Positions 50,277 through 61,470 of a stretch of DNA of 64,000 nt are shown piece by piece; position 1 is the stretch's first letter, and each line of letters opens with the position of its first letter. The position numbers were made by a program, and so were the translations under genes. The notes beneath the pieces are model-generated. The model did not search any database. It had not been told where the DNA came from and worked only from the letters and a program-made list of their open reading frames with translations. Location of the stretch: NCBI GenBank assembly GCA_958009085.1, contig OY253671.1:1054001-1118000 (forward strand), in the 5' to 3' direction. Source of the stretch: Protoeuglena noctilucae. Its lineage: Eukaryota.

Positions 50277-53200
50277 ATGACCACGTCGCGCGTCGAAGGA
50301 GGGGCGGATCGCGGCTGGCAGCCGCCTGCCGCATGCCATTGCTGTCCCTGGCCAGCCCGCGCGGGGCGCTGCGCCGCTGGGATCGGGGTCCTGTTGCCTC
50401 ATCGAGGTCAAGATCATGCCATCAACAGCTCAGCAGGAAAGGGATCGTCCTCGCATCCTCCGGGCGATGGAGGGACCTTCGCCACCGCGCCCGCAGGGGA
50501 TGACAGCGCGGAGAGCTCGTCGGAGAAGCTCAACCTGAGGCCTCTGAGGTGACATAATCAGGACCACTCTGTCACGCGTCCCTCGCGCTTCGAGGACGCG
50601 GGGCGTGCGGGCACGGGCAAAGGGCGCCTGCGCATCACGCCCGTGCCCTCTCCGCCGCAACAGGAACTCGGAAGCGGTCGCGGATTCAACGGACCTCGAC
50701 GATGGCGGTCCGGGAATCGATGAGCAAGGCGAGGCGGCTGGATCGCGGCTCTCCGAGTGCGGCCGGGTCCCAACCGCCCCCTGTGACACCTGTCGCGCCT
50801 CCCTCGCTGCAGGCTCTGCCGCGCGCGGGGCGCAGTGGCCAAACGGACACGCGCCGGTGGAGCTGCAGGACGCCACAAGAGGCCCCGCCGCTTCCCAGCG
50901 CCGATGCAAGGCCAAAGGGGCGGGGGGCGGGACGTGCTCTGAGAAGCGAGGTGATGACGGGCGGGAGTGGGAGCCAGCATCGGCGCGCGCGGTGTGCATG
51001 TGGAGCACGAACCCCGAGACGGCGTTCGGACATGGATTCTCGGGCATGAGTCTTGGCGTGGCTTGTGCCGAGGATGCACCCCGTCGCTCATCTGCACTTG
51101 CACAGGCCAGTCACGGGGCGGCGCGAAGGCAGACCTCGCGGACAAGAACGCGGGGAGGAAGAAGCCGAGCTCCGGATTCAAGGGGGTCACGAGGCACCGG
51201 CGGTCGGGTGCGGAGCTGCGATGCGAATGCAAGGCTCCAGAACGTGGCATGCGTGAACGCCTGAGCAGTAAGGGCTGGGAGTGCAGGGACGCTTGCGTTG
51301 CGCTTCTTTGCAGGTCGCTGGGAGGCTCACATCTGGATCAAGGCCCTCGGGCGCCAGGTGTACCTGGGGGGCTTTGAGAACGAGGAGCTGGCGGCCGAGG
51401 CATACGACGTTGCTGTCCTGCATTCCAAGGGCTGGTGCGCGGACACGAACTTCGACAAGGCGCGCTATCGGGACCTCTTCCCCGTGGTCGAAGACATGGA
51501 CTTCCAGGAGGTGGTGCATCTCATCCGCAAGTGAGCCGTGCCAGTCGCGTGTGAAGCGTGCCGGGCGAGGAGTGAGACCTGGCCTGCCGCACTGCGCGCC
51601 GTGACTGCAATAGTCTGATCACTGTCGTCGTCGCGGCGCAGGTCGGGGGACACCAAGAACAAGACCCTGACGAGCGAGGTGCGGGGGGCATGTCAGCGCT
51701 CCACGACTGACGGTGGCTACGGGTGGGAGTGGGGTCCCAGGGGGCCGGGAGCTGCCAATACGGCCCTGCCAAACGCCTACGCCCCCAGCTACGAGGTAAC
51801 TCGCAGCTCTGTTCCCGCGCCTGTCTGAGCACCTCGCACCGCACACCTGTCGTCCGCTCAGCTTGTGCGTGGGGGTGCGGACGTGTTTCAGGACTCGATG
51901 GGTCTGTGTTTCACAGGTGGCGAAGGTCCAGGGCTACGGAATGCCTGCCCTCGGCCCGGGCCCTGCAAGCGCCCCCATCGCAGGCGCTCCCATGCTGGAC
52001 GGTCGGCAGGCGGCGCACGTGGACGCCGACGCGTACCAGTGGTCCAGGAACGCGGATGCGATGGTGAGAAGACGAGGTGCTGCCTCACTCGCCCGTCATG
52101 ATCGCCGGCACAGTCGGCCTGCGTGCGTGCAGCACAGGCAATGGGGCGAGAGCTTTAGAGCAGCGAGCCAGCGATCATGTCAGATGACGTGAATGTAACG
52201 CAGCGACGAAGCGATGGCCATCTCTCTCTCCCTCCCCAGTCGCTCCCGCCCGACCGCATGCCAGGCCAGGCGATGTGGGCAGCTGCCCCGTCGGAGCCGC
52301 CCCTGGCACGCCGCGCGCCCCGTCACATGTCCTTCGACAGCGTCGCGACGAATGCGCAAGACTCCCCGGTGTCGTACCAGGCGAGAGCCGTGTGACGAGG
52401 CACAGCAGCGTTTGCCAGGCGCGGCACCGGAGGCGCGGCGGTGCGCATGCGTGCGTGCAGCCCAGTGCCCGACCTGCCCCGTCGCACGCAGAAGATGCAG
52501 GACTGGGCGGGCGGTGGACTGCGCCCCGTTTGGCCTGTCCGGCGGCACTCGGGCCCCGTAAGGGACGCCTCGGCATATGCCACCCTGGGCGGTGCTGGTC
52601 AGGTGATGCCTGATTGGCAGGAGGAGATGAGAGGGACTGTTAGGTTTACATATGTGATTCAGTGTGATCTTAGGATGACGGGGTGCGCTTTTCGTGGCGT
52701 CCGTTCGGTCAGAGGTGCACCGCCTCGCCTTTCTGGTTGTGACTTGCAGGACGCATGGCGCATGGCCGACGGGGTGGCGGCGCGGGAAACGCGGCACCCG
52801 ATGGCGTACACCGTCGACTGCGCTGCGATTGAGGCCGACGGCGCCGCCAACGCCGACGGGCCTGTCGCGGCGAGCTTTGGGCGGAGGGGGCTGTGGTGCC
52901 AGGGCCGGCCGGGGTCAGAGTACTGCCCGCTCCCCGAGGGGCGCCCGTTCGCGAGCGGGTGCTGGGACGCGCGCATGGACGGCTGCCGAGCGCGGGCGCC
53001 CGACCACCGGGGCTGGAAGAGCGACGGGGCGACGGCCGGGGTCGGGTCGATGGACGGCGCGTCGACGTGCGTACTGACGCCGCCCGCCACCTCGCGGCCC
53101 TGTCCGACGCTGTCCGTCAGCATCACTCCGGAGACCCTGCTGTCCCCCATCCTGGACGCCCCGAGCCTCTGGAGCCCGCATGGCGCCCACCCGGGCTGCG

Positions 53201-53763
53201 AGCTGCTGCAGGACGCCAGGGTGTACGGCACTGAGGTGCGCCTGCCGCGCGCGTGCACGCGATCTCCGACAACCTGGACGCTCGATCGATGCTGCGAGCG
53301 CCGGGGGCCTTGCATTGCACACTGCGGCCCAATCGTGCTGCATGGCCGGCGTGCAAGGCCCGGCGTTCCTCTTGCAGTTCCCTTCGCCTTGTTCCGTGAT
53401 AAGAGATCTTCGTGAACGACCACACTCGATGCTGTTCCATAGATACGCCTTCGTCGCCGCAGGGCATGGACCCGTTCGCTGCAGCCACCTGCTCGCCCCT
53501 GACCAAGGACGCGGGTATGCCCCATGCGCCGTCCTGGAGCACGCTGGACGCAGCGCGCGGTGAGTCTGCCGCCTCAGGTCTTCAGCTGTCGCCTGTGTGT
53601 GTCGGCTGCCTTCATGTGAGGATGGCAATGACACGTGTTGACCTGCGCCTGCGTGTTGCTCGCAGCGCCAGGGTCGGGTGGGGATGCCAGTGCCGCCCCC
53701 GGCGGGGACGACGTTTCGCTGATGGTTGACGCCGCCATGGAGGGCGGCAGACAGGGGCTGTGA
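50277..53763 (+). CDS. AP2-domain transcription factor copy 3
   Basis: PSSGFKGVTRHRRS|GRWEAHIWIKALGRQVYLGGFENEELAAEAYDVAVLHSKGWCADTNF, followed by a long disordered multi-exon tail. Both ends approximate. Confidence 0.8.
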
Positions 53764-54487
53764 GGGCGCAGCTGACGCCGAGCAGCGCTGGGACATCGAT
53801 GAGAGGAGACGCGGAGTGCGGTCGGGTGGTGGACCGCATTGGTGGGCTGCATTGGACCGCAGGCATCTTCACATGAGCCATGGAGGCTTTGCATTCCTGC
53901 CTCGCTTCCATTCACAAGCTATCCCGCACAAGCTATTTCACCAATTCGTTCCCGCACCCTTCACAACAACCACGCTACCTTGTGTCGACAGCACACGGAC
54001 GGGCCGACCCGCAAGCAGCGTGCTGCGGTGAGAGCAGAGTTCGCCTGCCCCAGCCCTTTGCAACTTGGATGCCGCTCGCATCGATTCTTTTGCCCTCGAG
54101 CATTCCTGGGCCCTTGCCTGCCCCATTCCACCCTCGCGGCTGCCTTGCTGCATGAATAGTCCCCATGCTTGCCACGGGTGGGGACGCTAGCGGCGCAAGA
54201 TTTATCCACGTTCGCCATTCCTATCTCACGAAGCTATTTCGTCCACTTTCCTCCCAACTGTCCCCGTATGTTCCGGCCTATGTCTAGCCTTGCGCCTTTC
54301 CTTGCGCACCAGCACTCCAGCTGACGGAGCCGAGTCCGTCAGCACCACTTCTGTTCCGCATTTCACTTGAAGCAACAAGCGCTACCCTCACCGCTACCCT
54401 CGGCAAATGCTGGTCTGCATTGCGCTCGAAACCGAGCCGCCCAACACCGCCCGACACACATGTGGCTCATAGCGTGGGTGCATCGCA

Positions 54488-56168
54488 TCAGCCCCGGGGC
54501 ACAAGGTAGTCCGCGAGGGCCTCCGCGTGCCGCGCTGCGACGCTCGGGCAGAACCGCGCCAGTTCGTCAATGAGGGACGCGCAGCTTTTCAGCAGCTGCC
54601 GCAACGGCGCCCGGCCCCCGCCCATCGGCACGCCCCGCGCGACGTCGTTGCCACGCCGCCGCGGCGCGTACTTGACCACGTCCGCCAGCAGCGTCTGCCG
54701 CGCCGCCTCCAGCACCTTGCCGTGGTGGTCCACCCACGCCCGGGTGGAGCACGAGGCGGCCATGAGCGTCACCGAGCGGCCCAGCAACGTCACGTTGCCG
54801 CCGACGTAGAAGTCCCACGGGTCCCGCGGGCCCGCCGCTTCCCCCAAGGGCAGCTCGAACGATCGCCCCGCCACATCTGCGGCAGGCGCAGTTGGGCAGC
54901 CGTCAGCACAGGCAGTTTTGGCAGCAACGCGAGGCCAGCGCGTCATCCGCTGCGGCCTCAAAGCGCAGTGCAGGTTCACTGCAGACCCGGTGCCCTCACC
55001 GGTGAATGCCCCGACTCTCCCTGACCCCATGTCATACGCAACCCGCAGCTTGCGCCGCCTCAGGCCGGCGTTCACGTGCTCCCCGTTGTCGAGAAACACC
55101 CCCAGGGAATCCTGGTTCTCCTCTGCAGGTGCCGATCCAGGGAAGGCGCGAGTTGCACGTGGACGGTGCTCAGTTACGCAGGCTCACACCGGCCTCAGGC
55201 GCGGTGACGAGACAAGGCTGCCTACGCACGCACCGTCCCACCACGACTCGAAGTCCAGACCTGTCGTGGACGCGACCGCGCGCGTCCGCGTCGCCGTCTC
55301 CCCGAACAAGTCGACCGCCGTGAGACGGGGCACCTGCGGCGGGGCGAGGGCGCAGCGCGTCTCACAGTTGCGCTCCGAGCGAGCCGAAGACGCTTCCGAC
55401 GCACCCTGATGCACACACCTGGGCTGAGGGAAGAAGCTGAATCATTCGGTCCTTCCCCGCAAACTCCTCGGCAATCCACCGGTTGAGCGCGAAGTCGTAG
55501 ATGGGCGTCGCCGGGGCAGGGTACCCCGCCAGGCGCATGCATGTCCGCGGCGGGGCGTCCCGAGGCGGCGGGGGCTTGGAGGCGTTTTGGTCGCGGAGTC
55601 TGGAGACAGGGTCGGACTCGGCGGGCCCGTCAGGCCCCACGGGAACAAAGGCTCGCCTGTATTGTATTGTCACACAGGTATAGAATCACGCGCAGCAGCG
55701 TCGGGCCGCACCTTTGCACGAGGGCCAAGAAACGGTCGTCGAGCGGGTGCCGGTCCAAAATCTCCTTGGTCACGCGGTTCACGTAGCGCGCGGCGCCAGT
55801 CTCGTCACGCGTCGCTTCCCAGGGGTACTCCACTTTGACCAACGCCGCCTCTCGTGCGACTGCGCGCGGGAGGGTGCCAGCGCTGAAGGCATGCATGTGC
55901 GCTCCCCGAAGTGGCCGCCGGTTACCGCCCAGGAATGCACGACGAGACGGTATGCAAGATGACCATGTGTCTCACCTGCCAAGAGGTAGAACTCCTGTCC
56001 CCGCTCAATATCGACGCCCAAATACCTCGCCATCTGAAGCACTGCTACAGGCGTCAGCGAGGCGCTGGAGATGGGCGCTGCGGCATCTGACATGCTCATC
56101 TCCGTCCTTGCAAGACTCCCTTCCCGCGGTGTCGCTGTGCCGCTCATCCGAAGCTCCGGCGCGACCAT
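54488..56168 (-). CDS. Protein with CEP164-type N-terminal WW module and DM10-like C-terminal region
   Basis: VLQMARYLGVDIERGQEFYLL|.VAREAALVKVEYPWEATRDETGAARYVNRVTKEILDRHPLD resembles the CEP164 N-terminus. DPWDFYVGGNVTLLGRSVTLMAASCSTRAW resembles DM10. Confidence 0.55.
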
Positions 56169-56408
56169 CGTGTCGCTTGCGTACTTTTACGGAGAGAAAA
56201 TCCCACCGACCAGGGTCTCACGATACCAGGAGCATGCCAGACATGCAAGTGAAAAAAAGCTTTCTCTCTTGCCACTCAGGGACAGCTTTCCAGTGAGGAT
56301 TCAAGCAGCTAAAGATGGGTAGGTTACGTGTGCTAGTAAGGAGGGCAATGGTCGCCAACTGCGGGCCAACTCATGCAAGATATGCCGGTGTCCAGCAGGC
56401 ACGCGGTT

Positions 56409-59400
56409 CTACAGCGCTGGCAGCTTGGCCATGAACCCCTCCTCCCTGCTGTGCATTGCCGGCTCTACCTGCTGGTCGGCAGCGACCGCCTCGGTAGCCC
56501 AGAGCGCGTAGTTCTGGGCCACCGAGCCCAGCACTGGCGCCGTGCATGGCAACACGTCGGCAACCCGAGCGAAGAGCGGCGCGACGACGTGCTCGAGGAA
56601 GTTGAGCTGTGACACCGGGACGACGGCGGCCTCGCGGTCCATCCACGGCGTCACGGGTAGCCCGAGGTGACGCTCGAGGTCTCCCTGCGCGCCACGGCGG
56701 GTTGATTTGTGGCTACAGCATGCTCGCGTGATGCTCAGCCGCCACTGGTCCCGTTCTGCCCCGTGTCGCACCTGGTCAAAAAACTCATCCATCACGCGGC
56801 CCGCCCATTGTTGAGCATGCTCCCAGGGCTTGGCAGCACTTCCCAGGTCCGCGAAATGCAGCACGGTGGCGTGTATGAGCAGCCGCTCCTCCGTCACGTC
56901 AAACGCCGGGTCCGCCGCCCCCGACTCCGACGCGTGGTGCGCCCTCGCCCTCATGTCCTGCGCCAGCTCCTCCAGCGACGATATCATGCTGAAGTGACGC
57001 GCCATGTCCGTGTGCAGGATGCTGTGCGTGATGAACCGACGCATACGCTGGTACACCTTGCCCGGGAACCGCCCAAACACGTTGCATCCGGGCTGCTTGA
57101 ACGCCACCTGCGGGCGCGGGCCGGTGCGGAGCGCAGATCGTATCGCCACCGCTGCGCCACCCACGCACCCTCCCTCACCGCCGCCGCACATGCCTCGCCC
57201 CCGCTCGCGCTCCCGCCCCCGCCCCTGCCGCCACCACACCCGCCCCCGCCTACCTGGAACAGCGTCGACGCATGCATCGCCTCCTGCACCGACTCGTCGT
57301 TGTACAGCAGCGCCAAGTCGTCCCGGACCTGCACCAGAAACTGGTTGCTCACGCCCCGGTGCGCCACGTCGTGCGCCACCGCCGCCACCATCAGCGCGAA
57401 CCGCTCCCACGCCGCCAGCCCCTCCAGCTCCGCGCACGTCCTCAGCATCACGAACACTGCGGCGCACGCACAACCCCACGACCCAGTTCGCTTTGCGCCG
57501 ACGCAGCAGGGTGCCACCCCAGCGTGCTAGCCCCACCCCTGGGTGGTGGCTGCACAAAGCACGAAGGCACTGCCGTGCTGCTACCCCGCTCCCCGCCCTC
57601 GCCCCGCCCCTCGCCTGTGTGCGTCACGTCCACCGCGTGGAAGAAGTTGTGGTACGGGTTCGGCTCGTACCGGTCCCGGATCGCCAGCACAAAGTTGTAC
57701 AGCACCACCGGGTCCACCACCGCCTCCGCCGCCTCCTCGCCCGCCAGCCCCAGCCGCCGGAACATCTCCACCACCAGCACCGGCAGCCGCTCCTCCGGCT
57801 GACTCAGCGACTCCCACTCCAGCTCCTCCAGCCGCGCGTGCCCGCCCCGCGCGGTGGGGTCCCCGCCCTCCTGCGCCGCCACCCACGCCAGGCCCTCCTC
57901 CAGCTCGTCACGCCGAGCTTGCCACTCGCCCTCTCCCTCGCCCTCGTCCTCGCTCATGTGCGCCTCCTCCGATGCGAGCGCGTCCGGCCTGAGCGGCCCC
58001 TCCGCACGCATGCCGCCTAAGCCCGCGCTCTCGGCCGCCATGCGCACCTTGAAGATCTGACTCGCAGATAACCCGGCTTCCGAGCTGCGCAAGGAGCACC
58101 CCTCAAACTCCCGGGAGCCCTGGGGCGTGGGGCCATCCCGCGCCGACGTGCCCTGGGTGGGCGCCCCCTGTGCCGACAGGAAGAGCACCCAGTCCCGCAA
58201 CCGCCGCCGGTCCGCAGGCTCCACGTCGCCCGCCTGCATCATCTGCCGCACAACCTCCCAGCCGCCCATGGCCGTGGCATGGACCAGGCGCCCCACCAGC
58301 CGCTGCATCCGCTCCATGGCCGCCCCCGGCGTGAGCTCGTCCAAGCCCAGCTTGTCGCCCGCTGAGTGCGACCCCTCGGCGCCGCGACGGCCGCCCTGGG
58401 ATAGCTCCCCCGCGAGCTCCATCAGCCCACTGCGGGCGCTGCCCCCCCGGGCCGCCATGCGCACGACCTTGCGCGTCACCAGGCCCATGTCAGAGACGAA
58501 CCGGGAGCACGCGACCAGCCTCCGCAGGATGTCCTCGAGCGGAGCAAGCTTCTTGCGGACGCATCCGTAGAACCTCGCGACGCATGCCCCGCAGAGCACC
58601 ACTAGGAGCGTGCGGGCCCCAGCAGCCAGCAGCGCCTGCCGTCCCAGATGCGAGGCGAGGGCGCGCGCGAGCTCCGGGGCCGCACCCGGGGCGCCCGTGG
58701 CGACGACCCACCACTCCACGACGGCGTCGCGGGGTTGCGGGAGCGCCGCAGCGGCCACTGCCGCCCCTGCCACTTGGGACAGACTGGACGCGGCACTGAC
58801 GCCGGCCTGCCAGACGGACACGGCGCCCATGCTCACGATGAGGTAGACGCCGACGGTCGCCGCGGTACTCTCGGCCACCATCGCAGACTCGTCTGGGGCG
58901 GTCGCAGGGGCCCCCGTGCGCGCGGCCAAGTGGGGCTGGGCGACGAGGAGCAGGATCACGCGCTTGTAAATGGTGCTGACGATGCGCAGAGCCGAGGCCG
59001 CCGTGAGACCCGCCATGAGCATGGACAGGCAGGAGAGGGCCAGCGGGCCCGGCAGGGCGGGGTCGCCGGGGTGGGCGGTGCGGTCCCGGCGGGCGATGAG
59101 TGGCAGGAGCAGGCAGAGGTGGAGCGCGCACGTGGCCAGGAAGCTCACGGTGTCGAAGATGGCCGCCCGGGACCGCAGGCAAGCGACCCAGCACTGCGGC
59201 CCCGCCTCGACCTTGCGGGTACTCGACAGAAATGCCCACGAGTCCAGCAGTTGGACGGTCCCTGGAGGCACGGATAGCATCGATGGTCCAAGGCGCGCGG
59301 GCTCCGGGGCGAAGCGTGCAGAGAGGCGCCGCGGCTGCGCCACCCAGGGCTCACCGCACGCGGAGAGGAGCACTGCCGCCACGATGGCCCAGGGGACGCC

Positions 59401-59853
59401 CCAGGCGGCCACGAACCACGACAAAGGCTGAAGCAAGAGAGAAGTGTGCGCGCACAGCGCCATGGTGCACGCCCAGGTGTCGGAGCTCTGAAATGCCAGA
59501 AAACCCTCGCTTTTGAGCGTCAGCGCGGGCTTCGCCGCATCGCCGCCCGTGTGGAGAATGGGAATGTGCGTAGACGGACTGTCTTGCATCCTGCGGCCAC
59601 CGGGCACGCGGGAGGGGCTCTCGCGCGCCGGGCTCCCGCCGCCGACCGCAACCGCCGTCGGATGCGGGGGCATTGAGTTGCGAGATGTCGGGGAACGCGT
59701 TGCCACGGCATTTCCAGCCCCAGGTAGCATACAAAGCGTGTCCGTCACCGGTCGCGCACCTCTCCAGCAGGGAGGAAGGCGTCCCCAGCGTCCCCGCCAG
59801 TGGATGAGCCTCCGCAGGCCTGGGCCCGCCGGCCCGGCCTCCCATCGCGCCAC
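56409..59853 (-). CDS. Class I 3',5'-cyclic-nucleotide phosphodiesterase with multi-pass hydrophobic N-terminal region
   Basis: NPYHNFFHAVDVTHT, AVAHDVAHRGVSNQFL, LYNDESVQEAMH, ILHTDMARHF, HFADLGSAAKPW, EFFDQ|GDLE, SQLNFLEHVVAPLF. Several hydrophobic segments upstream. Start not resolved. Confidence 0.9.
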
Positions 59854-60337
59854 TTCGTCGTCCCCTTCACCCCCCGCTCAAGGCAGGCCCGGGGACGCCT
59901 GTGAGGCCGCGTTCCGCTGGCGCAGGGCGGGCACCTGCCGGCGAAAGCGCCCGATGGCTGCGGGGGCACGCAGCGAGCTTGAACCGCCCAATATCGTTAC
60001 TAATACAACGCTGGCGTGGTGCTTTGACGAGACAGGTGTTTCATGTGTTCGCCGCCACGCAAAGTTGAGGGCCGAACGCAAAACTATATGCGGACAGCCC
60101 CTTCCGCACGGTGAAGGTCGAGGAGTCACTGTCACGAGGGTGCGGGGGCCTCGGATGGAGGTCTGGGCACCGTCTGACCGAGTTTCTGGCGGAAGGAGTC
60201 GGATCCGAACGCCCGCCTCGGAAGCGCGCCAGGCTAACTTTCCTTCTCGAGTGAAACGAGCGCTTTCTTTGGTGTTTCCCCTTGTCATCATCCGTTTGTT
60301 TGCCAAAAGATCTCCAGCCAGCCTCCGCCCGATCTCC

Positions 60338-61353
60338 ATGGCCATGAACGTGGCCTCGTCAGCCGTGCGGGGTCTCGGCCGGCTCCCGGAGCCGCGCCGC
60401 GCGCGAGTGAGGCGCGCAGCGAACGGTGAGGGGCTCCGGCGCCGTCGGAAGGGGCGGCTGCGGCTGGAGAGCGTACATCCTTCGTGAGCATCCAATTGCA
60501 GCGGTTGGGGGGTCCGGCCTCGCCATCTCTGCCCCGGCGCAGCGCGGCCCTGCAGACGCGCGCGATCTTTTCCCAGCTGCCGCTGCGCCGAACCGAGCTG
60601 CCTATCGGGGCCATCTCCTGTCGTGACTGTCGCAGGAGGTGCCTGGGATGAGGGGGCAGCGCAAGTGCAGCGTCTCCTGAAGCGGGACCGGGCTGCCATA
60701 CCCTCCCTGGAGGCCGATGAGGAATTCCGGGCGGACGAGGGCAGGTGCGCACCGCGCGTCGCTTGCTGTGATAGCATCTCGATAGCTTGACAAACCTGGC
60801 GTCCCCATTCCGACGAGGAGCCCTGGATTTCTCCACGCAGGGACAACACGTCCGCGGCGTCCCCCAGCATGAGCGCCGACGCGCCGACTGCGGCCCCCGC
60901 CAAGCTCAAGCCTTTCAGCGAGAGCAACGGTGCGAGCTTGCTGGCCAAGTCCGGCTCCGGGGCCAAGGTCGTATCGCCCTTCAGCAGCTCGGTCGGGGGC
61001 ACCAAGGCGTCGCCATTTGGGGGCGACTTCTCGCAGGCGAGAGACATGCGTGCCCTATCCTGCTGCGAATGCGTCACAGGCGAAACGTCCGCCGGCAGGC
61101 TGCGCCGCTGCGGAACATGACTGGAACACGCTTGTGGCGTTCGCAGACCCGCAAGCCAGTCGCCGCACCGACGTCCTTTGACCCGGAGGACATGTCCGTG
61201 GACGAGGCGCCGTGGTGGAGTTTCCTGCAAAACGTCACCATGTCCCAGGTGGTGATCGTCCTGTCCTTCACCACCATCATCGCCCTCATGATCGGCACCT
61301 TCAACGTCGTCTTCAGCGTGGGCGCCGTGCACTTCAACGACATCGACCTCTAG
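60338..61353 (+). CDS. Small uncharacterised protein with transit-peptide-like N-terminus, SPF repeats and C-terminal transmembrane helix
   Basis: MAMNVASSAVRGLGRL..., KPF/SPF/SPF repeats, PWWSFLQNVTMSQVVIVLSFTTIIALMIGTFNVVFSVGAVHFNDIDL*. GC-AG intron 61037-61146. 5' exons inferred. Confidence 0.65.
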
Positions 61354-61470
61354 AGCGAGATAGCCGCAGATTCAGTGGCTGGTCGACGGTGCTCTGCTGC
61401 CGCACTGCCGCACATGAACATCCCTACCAACGAACTGCGGTTCGAATGCCCAGCGAGCCACGCGCTCCCG

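Noticed and set aside
53900..54480. Lower-GC stretch with AAGCTAT repeats and a 9-bp hairpin (54320-54343)
   Set aside because: It lies between convergent stops and is consistent with ordinary 3' UTRs. The repeats are too short to support a MITE or ncRNA.
24..61146. Introner-like repeated intron family explaining the dense introns and GC donors
   Set aside because: The introns I compared by eye share no internal sequence or terminal inverted repeats. An all-versus-all alignment would be needed to exclude this fully.
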